Source: an uncultured Gammaproteobacteria bacterium (GTDB taxonomy: Bacteria > Patescibacteriota > Microgenomatia > Levybacterales > UBA12049). Taken from it: a stretch of 64,000 nt of DNA. This document shows, one piece after another, positions 20,855 through 30,946 of this stretch. Every line of letters begins with the position of its first letter. Positions within the stretch are counted from its first letter, which is position 1. A program made the position numbers and the translations under genes. The DNA is taken from assembly GCA_964553245.1 (NCBI GenBank), contig CAZKJM010000001.1:145806-209805 (forward strand), written 5' to 3'. The notes under the pieces are model-generated. The model had not been told where the DNA came from. It was given only the letters and a program-made list of their open reading frames with translations, and searched no databases.

Positions 20855-21768
20855 GGATTAAAGCTTCCTTTTCCAAATTTTTTAATATAAAAGTCGATAA
20901 TCGCCTTTTTTTGCCAATTTCTTCCTTTTGTTAAAATTTTTGCGCTTTCTTTTATCAATGCAAATTTGGCTCTTAATGGAGCGTATTTTAGCCCAAACAT
21001 CATTCTGTTTCTGGTTATATAATAATCTTGAAGATTCGATCCCGAGCCACCCGAAGAAGAAGCATTATTATGGTAAACAATAGCATTTGGTTCATAAATA
21101 ATTTTATATCCGCATCTTTTTATTCTTAAGCTCAAATCGCCGTCTTCATAATAAAGAAAGTATTTTTCGTCAAATAAACCGGATTTTTTTAAAGCTTCTG
21201 TTTTTAACAACATACAACATCCGGTTGCATAATCTGTTTCTTCTCTTTTATTATATTGACCAATGTCTACCTCATCTACTCCCCTATGTAGTCCCACAAT
21301 ATTATTCCAATCGAATTTTCCACCCGCATACCAAAATACCCTACCGATTTCATCTCTTACGTATCTATCTTTATGATATTCAAAGCCAGGGGAAAAGTAA
21401 ATTTTAGGAACAACTATTCCGATATCACTATCTGATTTAATCGCCGAGACCATTTCTTTTAGAAAATTTATGTTTAGTTCAACATCATTATTTAATATTA
21501 AAATATAATCAAAGTTATTTTTAATTGCATACTTAAAGCTAATATTGTGACCACCTGCAAAGCCTAAATTAGAAATGTTTTCAATTAATTTAAGCGGAAT
21601 TGGATTAATAAAATCTTCTTTAATGGTTAGTTTTTCTTTAGATCCGTTATTAATTAACAAAACACTGATTTTAAAATTTTCGGTTTTTATTTTTTTAATT
21701 GAGTTTAAGCAATTAAAAGTTTCTTTTCTGCTATTAAAATTAAGTATGGAAATTAAAATATTTTTCAT
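20851..21768 (-). CDS. GT2 glycosyltransferase (WbbL-like)
   Basis: NLGFAGGHN, ILNND, TGCCML, FDEKYFLYYEDGDLS, YYITRNR. Confidence 0.82.
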   Translation of the reverse strand: MKNILISILNFNSRKETFNCLNSIKKIKTENFKISVLLINNGSKEKLTIKEDFINPIPLKLIENISNLGFAGGHNISFKYAIKNNFDYILILNNDVELNINFLKEMVSAIKSDSDIGIVVPKIYFSPGFEYHKDRYVRDEIGRVFWYAGGKFDWNNIVGLHRGVDEVDIGQYNKREETDYATGCCMLLKTEALKKSGLFDEKYFLYYEDGDLSLRIKRCGYKIIYEPNAIVYHNNASSSGGSGSNLQDYYITRNRMMFGLKYAPLRAKFALIKESAKILTKGRNWQKKAIIDFYIKKFGKGSFNP

Positions 21769-21770
21769 TT

Positions 21771-22469
21771 TTAATAAGTTGTTATATGTATTCTTGCTTG
21801 TTCTAAATTAGAAATATAACCCAAGCTGGTTTTCATTTGAACTTGATATAATTTATTTCCCTGGTCTAGGTTAATATTTTGAGAAAAAAGAAGCTTTTGC
21901 AATCCGCCATCCATTGAAACTTCCGAATACCATACTGGGTGTTTGTCGGTAGCATTATACAACCTTATCCAGACTGTTTGATTTCCGGTTGGAATAAAAA
22001 CAGATGGTTCAAAAACTACAGTTTTTATTTCTCCGTACATTGAGCTATCTACGTATGCCTGAGCACCCGATACGTCAGACCAGTCTTTTGAGGCACCGGC
22101 TCCGGATCCAAGCGGGATAAAAAACTCTTTTGTAGAATTAATTGATGAATTTTTTAAACCAGAAGAAGCTCCTGATGATTCTGAAGATAATTTTTTTAAA
22201 GAAACGGACTCATCAATTTTTTGCAAGCAACTTTTGGGACACTCTTCGCTTGTAGTTTTATTATCCTCAAACTGATTGCTTAAAATATCATTTTTACTAC
22301 TATCCTGAGATATTTTTAAAGCTGTTTCTTTTTTTATTGTGTCTTCTTTTGTAACATTACTTATTTTAATTAAATAGTAATCCAGAACGAATAAATTAAT
22401 TATTATTGCATAAAATACAATTAAAAAAAGATTCTTGTTAAATTTTTGTGTATTAAACCTGTCTCGCAT
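21771..22469 (-). CDS. Hypothetical single-pass membrane protein with Ser-rich linker and C-terminal beta-rich domain
   Basis: One N-terminal TM segment, low-complexity SSESSGASSG linker, globular C-terminus; tightly coupled to both neighbours. Confidence 0.7.
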   Translation of the reverse strand: MRDRFNTQKFNKNLFLIVFYAIIINLFVLDYYLIKISNVTKEDTIKKETALKISQDSSKNDILSNQFEDNKTTSEECPKSCLQKIDESVSLKKLSSESSGASSGLKNSSINSTKEFFIPLGSGAGASKDWSDVSGAQAYVDSSMYGEIKTVVFEPSVFIPTGNQTVWIRLYNATDKHPVWYSEVSMDGGLQKLLFSQNINLDQGNKLYQVQMKTSLGYISNLEQARIHITTY

Positions 22470-22472
22470 AGA

Positions 22473-23378
22473 CTATAAAAATTTTCTCTTTAATTTTAGG
22501 AGCATCTTTTTTGAGTAGTTTTTAGTTGTTTTAATTTTTATACTTAAAAACCAATATGAAATATCTTTATAAACTTTTCCAAACTCAATCTTGATGTTTC
22601 GAATAAAATCTTCGCCTTCGACCTGAGCATAGTTATTTTCTTCCCAAATGTAGACAAAAATTAAAAAGTGATAAAAAGCCATAAGAAGAGAGAGTATTAA
22701 TCCGTAGAATCCATCCTTGTATCCTTCTCTTGCAAAAAATCTGTTTAAAAATTCGTTAAGTGGAAATCTTATCGCATCTGTGTATGAGAATTTATAACCT
22801 CTTTTAAGAAATTCATTTGCTTCGTTTGGTACATAAATTAACATTTTTTGAATGAATTGAGTAATGTTTTCATAATTTTTATGAAGAATGTGATTGCTTA
22901 AAACTCCCGTTTTCCCATCGATTTTTAGGTGCTCGTGAACATGTTCAGATTGATATTTTCCTTTTCCTTTCTTAAACAATCTTAACTGATTATCGGGATA
23001 CCAACCTGTATGTTCAATCCATTTACCAAAAATAATATTTTTTCTAGGAATCCAATAACCATTTACTTCTTCATTTTTATTAATGGTTTTTTTTATCTCT
23101 TCGGCCAGATCTCCATCTATCCTTTCGTCTGCGTCAAGGCTTAATATCCAATCACCAGTTGCTTTTCCAAATCCAAAGTTTTTTTGGATATCTATTTCTT
23201 TAGGATTATTTGAATGATTAAAAACTTTTTTTGTGTATTTTAAGGCGATTTCTTCTGTTTTATCTGTTGAAGAATTATTAACAACAATTATTTCTTCTGC
23301 AAAACTAACTGATTTTAAACATTCTTCAATCTTTTCTTGTTCATTATAAGCAGAAATTACTACTGATAATTTTTTCAT
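22473..23378 (-). CDS. GT2 beta-glycosyltransferase (WaaE/KdtX-like)
   Basis: SVVISAYNE, QKNFGF.KATGDWILSLDADE, GWYPDNQLRLF, HVHE, GYKDGFYG. Confidence 0.82.
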   Translation of the reverse strand: MKKLSVVISAYNEQEKIEECLKSVSFAEEIIVVNNSSTDKTEEIALKYTKKVFNHSNNPKEIDIQKNFGFGKATGDWILSLDADERIDGDLAEEIKKTINKNEEVNGYWIPRKNIIFGKWIEHTGWYPDNQLRLFKKGKGKYQSEHVHEHLKIDGKTGVLSNHILHKNYENITQFIQKMLIYVPNEANEFLKRGYKFSYTDAIRFPLNEFLNRFFAREGYKDGFYGLILSLLMAFYHFLIFVYIWEENNYAQVEGEDFIRNIKIEFGKVYKDISYWFLSIKIKTTKNYSKKMLLKLKRKFL

Positions 23379-23379
23379 A

Positions 23380-24834
23380 TTATTTTTTTAGATTGTTTAT
23401 TATAATTTTTAGGTTTGAGATCAGTTGTTCCTTGGATAAGGTTACCATTGATAAAAAGTATAACATAGCTGCTAATACCGCTGTAAACACTAAGCCAAAT
23501 ATGTTCACTACAGTTATCGAAGATATAAAATAAAGAAAAATACTCATTAGAATTGTAGAAAACAATGGATTTTTAATTGAACCAAAAACATCTACATTAA
23601 TCTGTCTTTTTACTATATAAACAACAATTAATCCGGATGGACCAATTATTGCTGACGCTAAAGCTGCTCCCGAAAACCCATAAACTGCTATTAGCAAAGG
23701 AGTCAATATCCACGTAGCAATTGTCCATCCAATCATTAAATATAACGTTATTTTTATTTTTCCGGTTGCGTTTAAAAAATTTGTTAATGGAGTTGAAACA
23801 GCAGCAAACATGGCATTTAAAGAAAATAATCCGAGTACTAAAAGCGCCGGCTCCCATTTCGTATATTTTGGAATAATATTAATTAAATAAGGCGCCAAAA
23901 TTACCATTCCGGCAAGACAAGGAAAAATAATAAAACAAGCTGCAAAAATTGATTTCTCTACTGCAATTTTTAAATGACCTCTGTCTTCCTGAAGTCTTGA
24001 GAATGAAGGAAAGGTAATCCTAATTACGTTATCCATAATTAGCCGTAACGGTAAAAATGCCCATTTTTGCGCAAAACCTAAATAGCCAACTTGAGCTATG
24101 GGCAAAGCTTTTCCTAAATATACTATTAATAAATCATCTTTTATTAATGCTAAGAGACTATTCAGTTGAAATGGCACGCCAAAAGACAAAAGCTTAGATG
24201 CTGACTTTTTTGAATATCCAAGTCTTATTTTCCACGGAGAAATAATATAAATTGTAATTAAACCCGACAATCCTCTTGCTAAAACCGCGTAAGTAAAAGA
24301 TGATACTCCGTAACCGTTAATCGCGAGAACTACCGCTATTATGTTAAAAAATAAAGTTTCAATAATTTGAGGTATTACCAGTTTTTCAAAATGAAGATTA
24401 CGTTCAAGTATTATTGATGGAATAGTTTTTAAAGATGAAAGGAAAAACGATATAACAAGCGCCTGTAGTAAGAAAAGGCTATCCGAATCAAGATTGTAAA
24501 AGCTTCCGATTTTAGGAGAGAAAATCAGCGCTAACAAAACTAACGTAATTACCAATGCTTGTTGGATCGTAAAGGTTGTTTTTAAATCATCTTCTTCTAT
24601 TTTTTCCTTTTTTTGTATTAAAGCGGCAGCAAGACCAATATCGGAAAAATAAGTAAGAAAAGCTATTATTGCGGAAACGACAAAATATACTCCGAATACT
24701 TGAGGGGATAGAAAAATAGTTAAAAGTAAGTTTGCAATAAAAGTTATTGCTTGCATTATAAAAGTTCTTGAAACCAATGCAAAAATTCCCCTTATTGATC
24801 TTTTTTTAACTGCGGCAATGTCAATTTCTTCCAC
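23380..24834 (-). CDS. wzx: Oligosaccharide flippase (Wzx/MOP family)
   Basis: About 12-14 TM segments; FSDIGLAAALIQKK, LER.LHF.KL, FPSFSRLQED. Confidence 0.85.
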   Translation of the reverse strand: MEEIDIAAVKKRSIRGIFALVSRTFIMQAITFIANLLLTIFLSPQVFGVYFVVSAIIAFLTYFSDIGLAAALIQKKEKIEEDDLKTTFTIQQALVITLVLLALIFSPKIGSFYNLDSDSLFLLQALVISFFLSSLKTIPSIILERNLHFEKLVIPQIIETLFFNIIAVVLAINGYGVSSFTYAVLARGLSGLITIYIISPWKIRLGYSKKSASKLLSFGVPFQLNSLLALIKDDLLIVYLGKALPIAQVGYLGFAQKWAFLPLRLIMDNVIRITFPSFSRLQEDRGHLKIAVEKSIFAACFIIFPCLAGMVILAPYLINIIPKYTKWEPALLVLGLFSLNAMFAAVSTPLTNFLNATGKIKITLYLMIGWTIATWILTPLLIAVYGFSGAALASAIIGPSGLIVVYIVKRQINVDVFGSIKNPLFSTILMSIFLYFISSITVVNIFGLVFTAVLAAMLYFLSMVTLSKEQLISNLKIIINNLKK

Positions 24835-25534
24835 AATTTAAATCCTTCCAAAGAGAAAAGCTTTCTTTTATAGCTCTTATTATTACTCGCAGATTTCCTC
24901 CGCTTTGATCACCATATTTTCTTGGGTAATGAGATACTTCTACTTGATCTATACTTAATCTTGCTTTCCTAGCTTTTGCTAAAATTTCCGTAGTAATCAT
25001 TGCTCCTTCTGATTTGAATGGCATAATTTTTTTTAATGCATCTTTTTTAAATAATTTAAATCCGCAGTCAATATCCTTATAATAAAATCCAAAGAAAAAT
25101 AAATCCCAAATTTTTAATAAAGTCATTAAAAGATGTCTAAAGGGATGATCGTTTCTTTTTTTTCTAAATCCAATAACTATATCAACCTTTCTTATTTTCT
25201 CCAAAAATTTCGGAAGTTCATTAAAATTAAATTGATTATCTCCATCAGTAAAAACAATCAATTTATATTTAGCATTATTAAAACCATCTTTTAAAGAAGC
25301 TCCATATCCTCTGTTTGGCATATGAGAAATTACCTTGAGATTATTGTTTTTACTAGCAAGTTCTTTGGCAATTTTTAAAGTATTATCAGATGATCCATCA
25401 TCTATCATTAAGATCTCCCATCTTTGAACAAATTTATCCGCTACTGGAATGGCATTGTTTACAACTTTTTCCAAATTTTTTTCTTCATTCCAAAAAGGAA
25501 AAAAGATTGATAATTCGGGTACTTTTTTAATCAT
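24821..25534 (-). CDS. GT2 polyprenol-phosphate sugar synthase-like
   Basis: SIFFPFWNEE, DDGSSD, NRGYGASL, FTDGDNQF, DIDCGFKLF, HYPRKYG. Confidence 0.85.
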   Translation of the reverse strand: MIKKVPELSIFFPFWNEEKNLEKVVNNAIPVADKFVQRWEILMIDDGSSDNTLKIAKELASKNNNLKVISHMPNRGYGASLKDGFNNAKYKLIVFTDGDNQFNFNELPKFLEKIRKVDIVIGFRKKRNDHPFRHLLMTLLKIWDLFFFGFYYKDIDCGFKLFKKDALKKIMPFKSEGAMITTEILAKARKARLSIDQVEVSHYPRKYGDQSGGNLRVIIRAIKESFSLWKDLNCGRN

Positions 25535-27018
25535 TTATTTTTTTTCTTTCTAGTAAAAATTATACCAAGAACAACTATTAATATACCAGCTAGGGAAATA
25601 CTATTTCCGATTTTTTCTATAGGAGTGTCTATAAACACAAAAATTGGTTTGTTTTTTAATGCTTCTTCTGCATTTTTAGGTTTCTTAACATTTTTAGGGA
25701 GGTATTCATCGGAAATTTTTGAAGTTGTCCACCTTAAACTATAGTCATTAATATAGTCATTCGCTGTTTTATTTAATATTTCTCGTGGATGAAAAAATTT
25801 AAAATTTACCAAAACAATCAAAAGAATTGTTATTAAAAATTCTACAAAAATTATATTTTTATTTTTTATAAATTGTCTCGAAAATACAATAATTGAACCC
25901 CCTAAGAATGCGCTAAAAAATCCAACCATATTTAAATAACGCCATGGGTATTGAAAATATTTCATTGGAGAAATTAACTCCCAAATAATTTTAGATTGAG
26001 AAAGCATCAGGAAAATGGAAAATATTAATCCAGAAAACAAAACTATACACAAATATTTTGTTTTTTTATCAATTTCTTTTCCGAGCATCAAACTAATTAT
26101 TAAAAAAATCATAGAGAAAACAACGATTAAAATGTTTAATTTTCCTAACATAAACGACAATCCATCGCTACATGTTTTTGTAGATCCACCAAAACCCCAA
26201 TAGCTATACCAAAGTTGATCTAAGCATACGAAATGATCTTTGAAATCAGCTCCGCCACCGATTGTTGAAGAAACATTCGTATTGCCCATTTCCAAAATAG
26301 CCGGAAGCCAGTAAAATGCAGAAATTAATATGCTAAGAAAAAATGCAGAAATTAAATAAAACGTATTCTTGTTCTTTTTATGCTTTAAATTTAAGATTCC
26401 TAAAATTATAAGTAAAACTATCAAAAAAGGAGTAATCATCATTGCTGTTAAATTATGAGAAAGAATTACCCCGGAAAATCCGATTACAGAAATAATCACG
26501 TAAATGTATTTATTATTTTTAAATAATTTATAAAATCCAAAAAATGCTAAAGGAATAAAAGCATATGCCCACAGCTCGGAAATTGCTCCTCTGACATAAA
26601 TATTTACAGCATGATATGGAAAAAACACATATAAAAGAGCTGATATTATCCCTCCTTTTTTACCCCAAAATTCCCTGGCCAATAAATACATTGAAAAACT
26701 CGATAATAAAACCCCAAATATAATCATAATTTTTGTTGAAACTAAAGCGTCAAACCCTAATAAAACAAACTTTGCACCAAAATAATATGCAAGCGGCGCA
26801 TAGAAGTTAAAAATTGGATAACCAAGCCCGTAACCAAGGTCAGCTACCCATCTAACTGGAAACATCCCCATTTTGAGCGATTTTGCCATTTCATAAACTC
26901 TTTGCACTTGTGTATCATCGTGCATTGGGAAAAAACCGGAGTGAAAAAAAGACAAAATGCTAAAAGATGATAATAAAATTACCAAAATATATGGAATTAA
27001 TTTTTTGAATAAAGCCAT
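25531..27018 (-). CDS. GT-C-like membrane protein (PTPS-related membrane domain family)
   Basis: HDD...GMFPVRWVADLGYGLGYPIFNFYAPL, YVRGA, HN, QYPWRY. Start moved to ATG 27018; the track's extension is the -10 box. Confidence 0.75.
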   Translation of the reverse strand: MALFKKLIPYILVILLSSFSILSFFHSGFFPMHDDTQVQRVYEMAKSLKMGMFPVRWVADLGYGLGYPIFNFYAPLAYYFGAKFVLLGFDALVSTKIMIIFGVLLSSFSMYLLAREFWGKKGGIISALLYVFFPYHAVNIYVRGAISELWAYAFIPLAFFGFYKLFKNNKYIYVIISVIGFSGVILSHNLTAMMITPFLIVLLIILGILNLKHKKNKNTFYLISAFFLSILISAFYWLPAILEMGNTNVSSTIGGGADFKDHFVCLDQLWYSYWGFGGSTKTCSDGLSFMLGKLNILIVVFSMIFLIISLMLGKEIDKKTKYLCIVLFSGLIFSIFLMLSQSKIIWELISPMKYFQYPWRYLNMVGFFSAFLGGSIIVFSRQFIKNKNIIFVEFLITILLIVLVNFKFFHPREILNKTANDYINDYSLRWTTSKISDEYLPKNVKKPKNAEEALKNKPIFVFIDTPIEKIGNSISLAGILIVVLGIIFTRKKKNK

Positions 27019-27060
27019 ACCTGTATTATACAAAGATCAGGTTTAAATTGAAAGAAATTA

Positions 27061-28581
27061 TTATTCGATTTTATATCTGAAAAAGCTAATTAAACATAAA
27101 ATTAGAAGAGAAATTAGCGAAAAAATATCTGCAAACAACCTAATTTGTGTCTCCGTGAAATAAACCTGGACAAAATGGCTTCCTGAATTTAGGTTAAATT
27201 GAATTAATCCACCTTCGTTGTTATGGTTAATCATAGCTTTTTCCCTATTAACCACAACCATCCATCCGGGGTAATAAATGGTATTGATAGAGATCAGTGA
27301 TTTTTCTTTTATATCTGCTGTAAAACTGATCTTGCTCCCTTTATTTATTAAATTTTTAATCTCTCCTTTTCCTTTGATAATTTGAACTTTTTCTAAAGAA
27401 TTAGATATGGGTAATTTATTGACCCAATTAGGAATATATTCATTTTTTACTGTAGTTGTATCTTGATTGGTCGAGTAAAAAGCATCGGGATAATTAGTAA
27501 ATTCTTTTGGATAAATAAAATCTTTTGCTCCAAAAACCAAAAAAACCAAATAAATTCCCAACAGAATTATTTTTTGCTTTCCTTTAATAAGAGATAGTTG
27601 ATAAGCTATCAAAAAAGTTGTAGTTAAAACCAAGATTGAAATAAACCTAAAAGGAAATTGAATATAAGACGAAATAACCTGCCAAATAAAATCGGAGATT
27701 GGAAAAAGTAAAAACAAAACAATTACCGAAGATGCAAAAAATAACCAATAACTTCTATCCTTTATCTTTTTTACAAAAACAAAAGTAAATAGAAATGAGA
27801 TCAAAAACACCAAACCAATTAAATTTAAATCATGGAAATTTATAAAATAATTAGAATAGTCAGAGACCAAAACTCTATCAAAAACCACAAATCTTCTTTC
27901 ATAAATTGCAGGAAACCAAAAAAAACAAGATATCCCTAATCCAAAAATTAAAGATGTTAATATTTTTTTAATTTTCTTTTGGGAGAAATAATAGTAAAAA
28001 ATAATTATTGGAAAAAATAATAATGCCAATGTGTTATGTGATAAAACTAAAGCTGCAATACCAATGGATACAAAAAATAAACTATTTCTTTCTATCTGCC
28101 AAAAAATAAACGGGATAATTGATAATGCCAAAACTTCCCCAACTGATCCTCTTTTATAAACATCCCATAAATGATATGGAAAATATAAATAAACCAAAGA
28201 CCCAATCATAGAGGATAGGTTGTCAAACTTTTTTCTAAGCCACATAAAGGAAAAAAATGCTGAAGAAATTAAGCTTAAGCCAAAAATTATTTTTATTGTA
28301 TTTACAAAACTAAAACCTAATAAGTGGATTGGCACACCGATATACATAAATAACGGATATAAAAAATTAGCAACCGGATAACCAAAGTCATTATTTAATC
28401 TTGGTAAAAATCTAACAGGAAACTGACCATTTTTTAAGGCTTCGTAGAAAGCAGAGAATCTTATTATCATCCAGTTGCCATCATCTGTTGTAAAAAATCC
28501 AGTTTTGAAAAGCGTAAAAAATGAAGGAATAGACAAAATTAAAATTATTATTAAATACTTTATTAATAATTTATCTTTCAT
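27061..28581 (-). CDS. GT-C-like membrane protein (PTPS-related membrane domain family)
   Basis: TDD...GQFPVRF...FGYPVANFLYPL, YKRGSVGE, SHN, QFPFRF, YYPGW; paralog of 25531..27018. Confidence 0.75.
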   Translation of the reverse strand: MKDKLLIKYLIIILILSIPSFFTLFKTGFFTTDDGNWMIIRFSAFYEALKNGQFPVRFLPRLNNDFGYPVANFLYPLFMYIGVPIHLLGFSFVNTIKIIFGLSLISSAFFSFMWLRKKFDNLSSMIGSLVYLYFPYHLWDVYKRGSVGEVLALSIIPFIFWQIERNSLFFVSIGIAALVLSHNTLALLFFPIIIFYYYFSQKKIKKILTSLIFGLGISCFFWFPAIYERRFVVFDRVLVSDYSNYFINFHDLNLIGLVFLISFLFTFVFVKKIKDRSYWLFFASSVIVLFLLFPISDFIWQVISSYIQFPFRFISILVLTTTFLIAYQLSLIKGKQKIILLGIYLVFLVFGAKDFIYPKEFTNYPDAFYSTNQDTTTVKNEYIPNWVNKLPISNSLEKVQIIKGKGEIKNLINKGSKISFTADIKEKSLISINTIYYPGWMVVVNREKAMINHNNEGGLIQFNLNSGSHFVQVYFTETQIRLFADIFSLISLLILCLISFFRYKIE

Positions 28582-30946
28582 AAATTCTTTTAAATAAAAT
28601 CAAGTAAATGATTAATAAGAATACTCCGATTATTGATATCTTAAGCCCCGTAATAAATGATTCTGGAAAATAATACATTTCTAGCCTATGCTCACCTTGT
28701 TTTATGGGAATCGCTCTAAAGCTGTAATTTGCTCTGTAAATTTCTTTTTCTTTTCCATCAATTAAAGCTTTCCATCCGGGAAAATAATTGTCTGATATAA
28801 AAAATAAACTGTCTGCATCTGTCTTTATTTTAAAATTTAATTTATTTGGTGTATAGTCAACTATTTCAATATTACTTTTGGAGATTTTTCCAAGGGTAAT
28901 TTTTGGATCTTTTTCTAAAATTAAGGTTTCCTGCAAGTTTACTTTATCGTCATATATTTTTGAAATTATCTTATCTTTTCCATTACTGATTTCATAATTA
29001 TCCGCTAAATAAAATCTTGGGAAAACATTTTTGTTTTCATAAATTTGCCAGGGATTTTTTTGCCAAATAAGTTTATATGAATCTTGCGGAAAGGTAACGT
29101 AATCCGGATTAAATGACCCAGACATTAATTCATCTTTATGTAAAACATATTTTATCCCTAACAGATTAAGGATTCTTTGCCTATATGGGTTACTTTTTAA
29201 ATCCATATTGCCAAAACCCGGAGCAATATTTGCATCCGGACGCGGTAAGATATTAGGTAATTCACCATATTTCGAAGAAGCTAATAACTCTCCATATGAA
29301 GAAATATGTAATGGGTCGTTTCCCTCCGGTGAATAAGTACCATCTACGCTTTGGTAATTCGATTGAATATAACCCGAGCCATATCCCCAGAAGCGATTGA
29401 TTCCGGCGTTTTCTTGCAAATAGTTCATAACCGGAGTATTGGGGTAAGTAAAACTGTATGGCGAAAAAGGTGTAATCTTATTAAAAAAATATAATAAATC
29501 AAAAATTATTAATAACAGCACAAAAACTAAACTTATGTTTTTAAATTTATTCTTTAGATAAAAAATAATTAACGTTGCCAGTGTTAAAAACGACGGCAAC
29601 AACATATTTCGAATGCTAATTTTAAAATTATTGTCCGTGATGTAACCTGCTTTATAAATTAAAAAAGCAGCTGAAGAAAACAAAAGTATTGCAAGAATAA
29701 AAAACAACGGGTATTTGCTTTTTAAATTTTTTTCTTCTATCCAATAATTAATCCCCATCGCACCAAGAACTATTATTGAAAAAATGAAAATGCATAATTC
29801 TCTGGTCGGAATTGTTGTTGAAATTACCGGAATCGGCAATAAGTAAAAATACTTAATAAACGGTATATTTGTCGCAATGATTAAAGACAACGCTGCAATA
29901 ATTCCAAAAAATTTTTTTTCCGGTTTTTTTACTTTTAAAATTGCATAAACTGCGAAGAAAAAAATAACAACTCCCGGATACATTACTCTTTCTATATATG
30001 TTCCGTCAATCCAGTAATTCCTTGATGCGGGATTGCCAAAAAAATCAGGAAAAATTATTGTTATCCAATAATAAATCGGGGATAAAGTTTTGGAAAATTG
30101 TTCCAGTGCATATGATCCACGTGTTGAATTTTTAAAAATCTCAAGAGTCGGTAAAAATTGAAAAGCGGATAAAATGAATGGAAAAAATAAAATACTTAAA
30201 AAAATTATTGTTTTTTTTATCTTAGCCTTAACTTTTTGCGAGAACAACAAAAATAAAAAATATAACAAACAAATACTGTAAGCATAAAAAACTCCCTGGA
30301 TATATCCCGCCAATAAACTTAACGTAAAAATAATAATTAACGATAAAACATTTTTATAATTTTGTTGTTCTGTAAGCTTATTTATCAAAAAAAGAGCAAG
30401 AGGCAGCCAAAGAAACGTAGAACCAATATTGCCGTATTCTATCCAAACTACCATATATGAAGAAAACGCAAAGGCAATTCCGCCTATAACCGAAACAGTT
30501 TTTTGAAGCCGTAATCCTTTGTTTAAATAAATAAACATAAAGATTGCGGCAAAAAACGGTTGAGACATGATAAATAATGTCCAAGCAAAATTAAAAGGTA
30601 AAAATAAATAAAAAAGATTTAACGGATAAAAAACTGCTGTTTGAAAATTTGCCATCTGAGGGTTTCCGGAAAAATTATGAGGATTCCAAAAAGGAATTTG
30701 CCCGTTTTTCAGCTGCTCTATGGAAAAATACTTCCAAGGATATATTTCGTTTATTACATCTGGACCTTGTGCTTTATCTGGATAACTTCCCGGAGAATAT
30801 CCCAAAAACGATTCGCTTCTGTAGGGATTTTGGTTAATCAATAAGTCTCCGGGGAAAGGAATTTGTCCGTTAAAAATCGGTTTAAAAAAAATAAGTACAA
30901 TAAAAAGAATCAACAGATACGGATAAGTCCTTTTTAAAATTTTCAT
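28571..30946 (-). CDS. YfhO-family GT-C membrane glycosyltransferase
   Basis: EIYPWK, PFWNPHNFSGNP, FPDFFGNP, EGNDPL, ISDNYFPGWKALIDG. Confidence 0.85.
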   Translation of the reverse strand: MKILKRTYPYLLILFIVLIFFKPIFNGQIPFPGDLLINQNPYRSESFLGYSPGSYPDKAQGPDVINEIYPWKYFSIEQLKNGQIPFWNPHNFSGNPQMANFQTAVFYPLNLFYLFLPFNFAWTLFIMSQPFFAAIFMFIYLNKGLRLQKTVSVIGGIAFAFSSYMVVWIEYGNIGSTFLWLPLALFLINKLTEQQNYKNVLSLIIIFTLSLLAGYIQGVFYAYSICLLYFLFLLFSQKVKAKIKKTIIFLSILFFPFILSAFQFLPTLEIFKNSTRGSYALEQFSKTLSPIYYWITIIFPDFFGNPASRNYWIDGTYIERVMYPGVVIFFFAVYAILKVKKPEKKFFGIIAALSLIIATNIPFIKYFYLLPIPVISTTIPTRELCIFIFSIIVLGAMGINYWIEEKNLKSKYPLFFILAILLFSSAAFLIYKAGYITDNNFKISIRNMLLPSFLTLATLIIFYLKNKFKNISLVFVLLLIIFDLLYFFNKITPFSPYSFTYPNTPVMNYLQENAGINRFWGYGSGYIQSNYQSVDGTYSPEGNDPLHISSYGELLASSKYGELPNILPRPDANIAPGFGNMDLKSNPYRQRILNLLGIKYVLHKDELMSGSFNPDYVTFPQDSYKLIWQKNPWQIYENKNVFPRFYLADNYEISNGKDKIISKIYDDKVNLQETLILEKDPKITLGKISKSNIEIVDYTPNKLNFKIKTDADSLFFISDNYFPGWKALIDGKEKEIYRANYSFRAIPIKQGEHRLEMYYFPESFITGLKISIIGVFLLIIYLILFKRIYER

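Noticed and set aside
20078-23378. WaaE/KdtX-like GT2s as evidence for LPS
   Set aside because: No lipid A, Kdo or outer-membrane genes are in the window, and this GT2 subfamily is not restricted to LPS producers.
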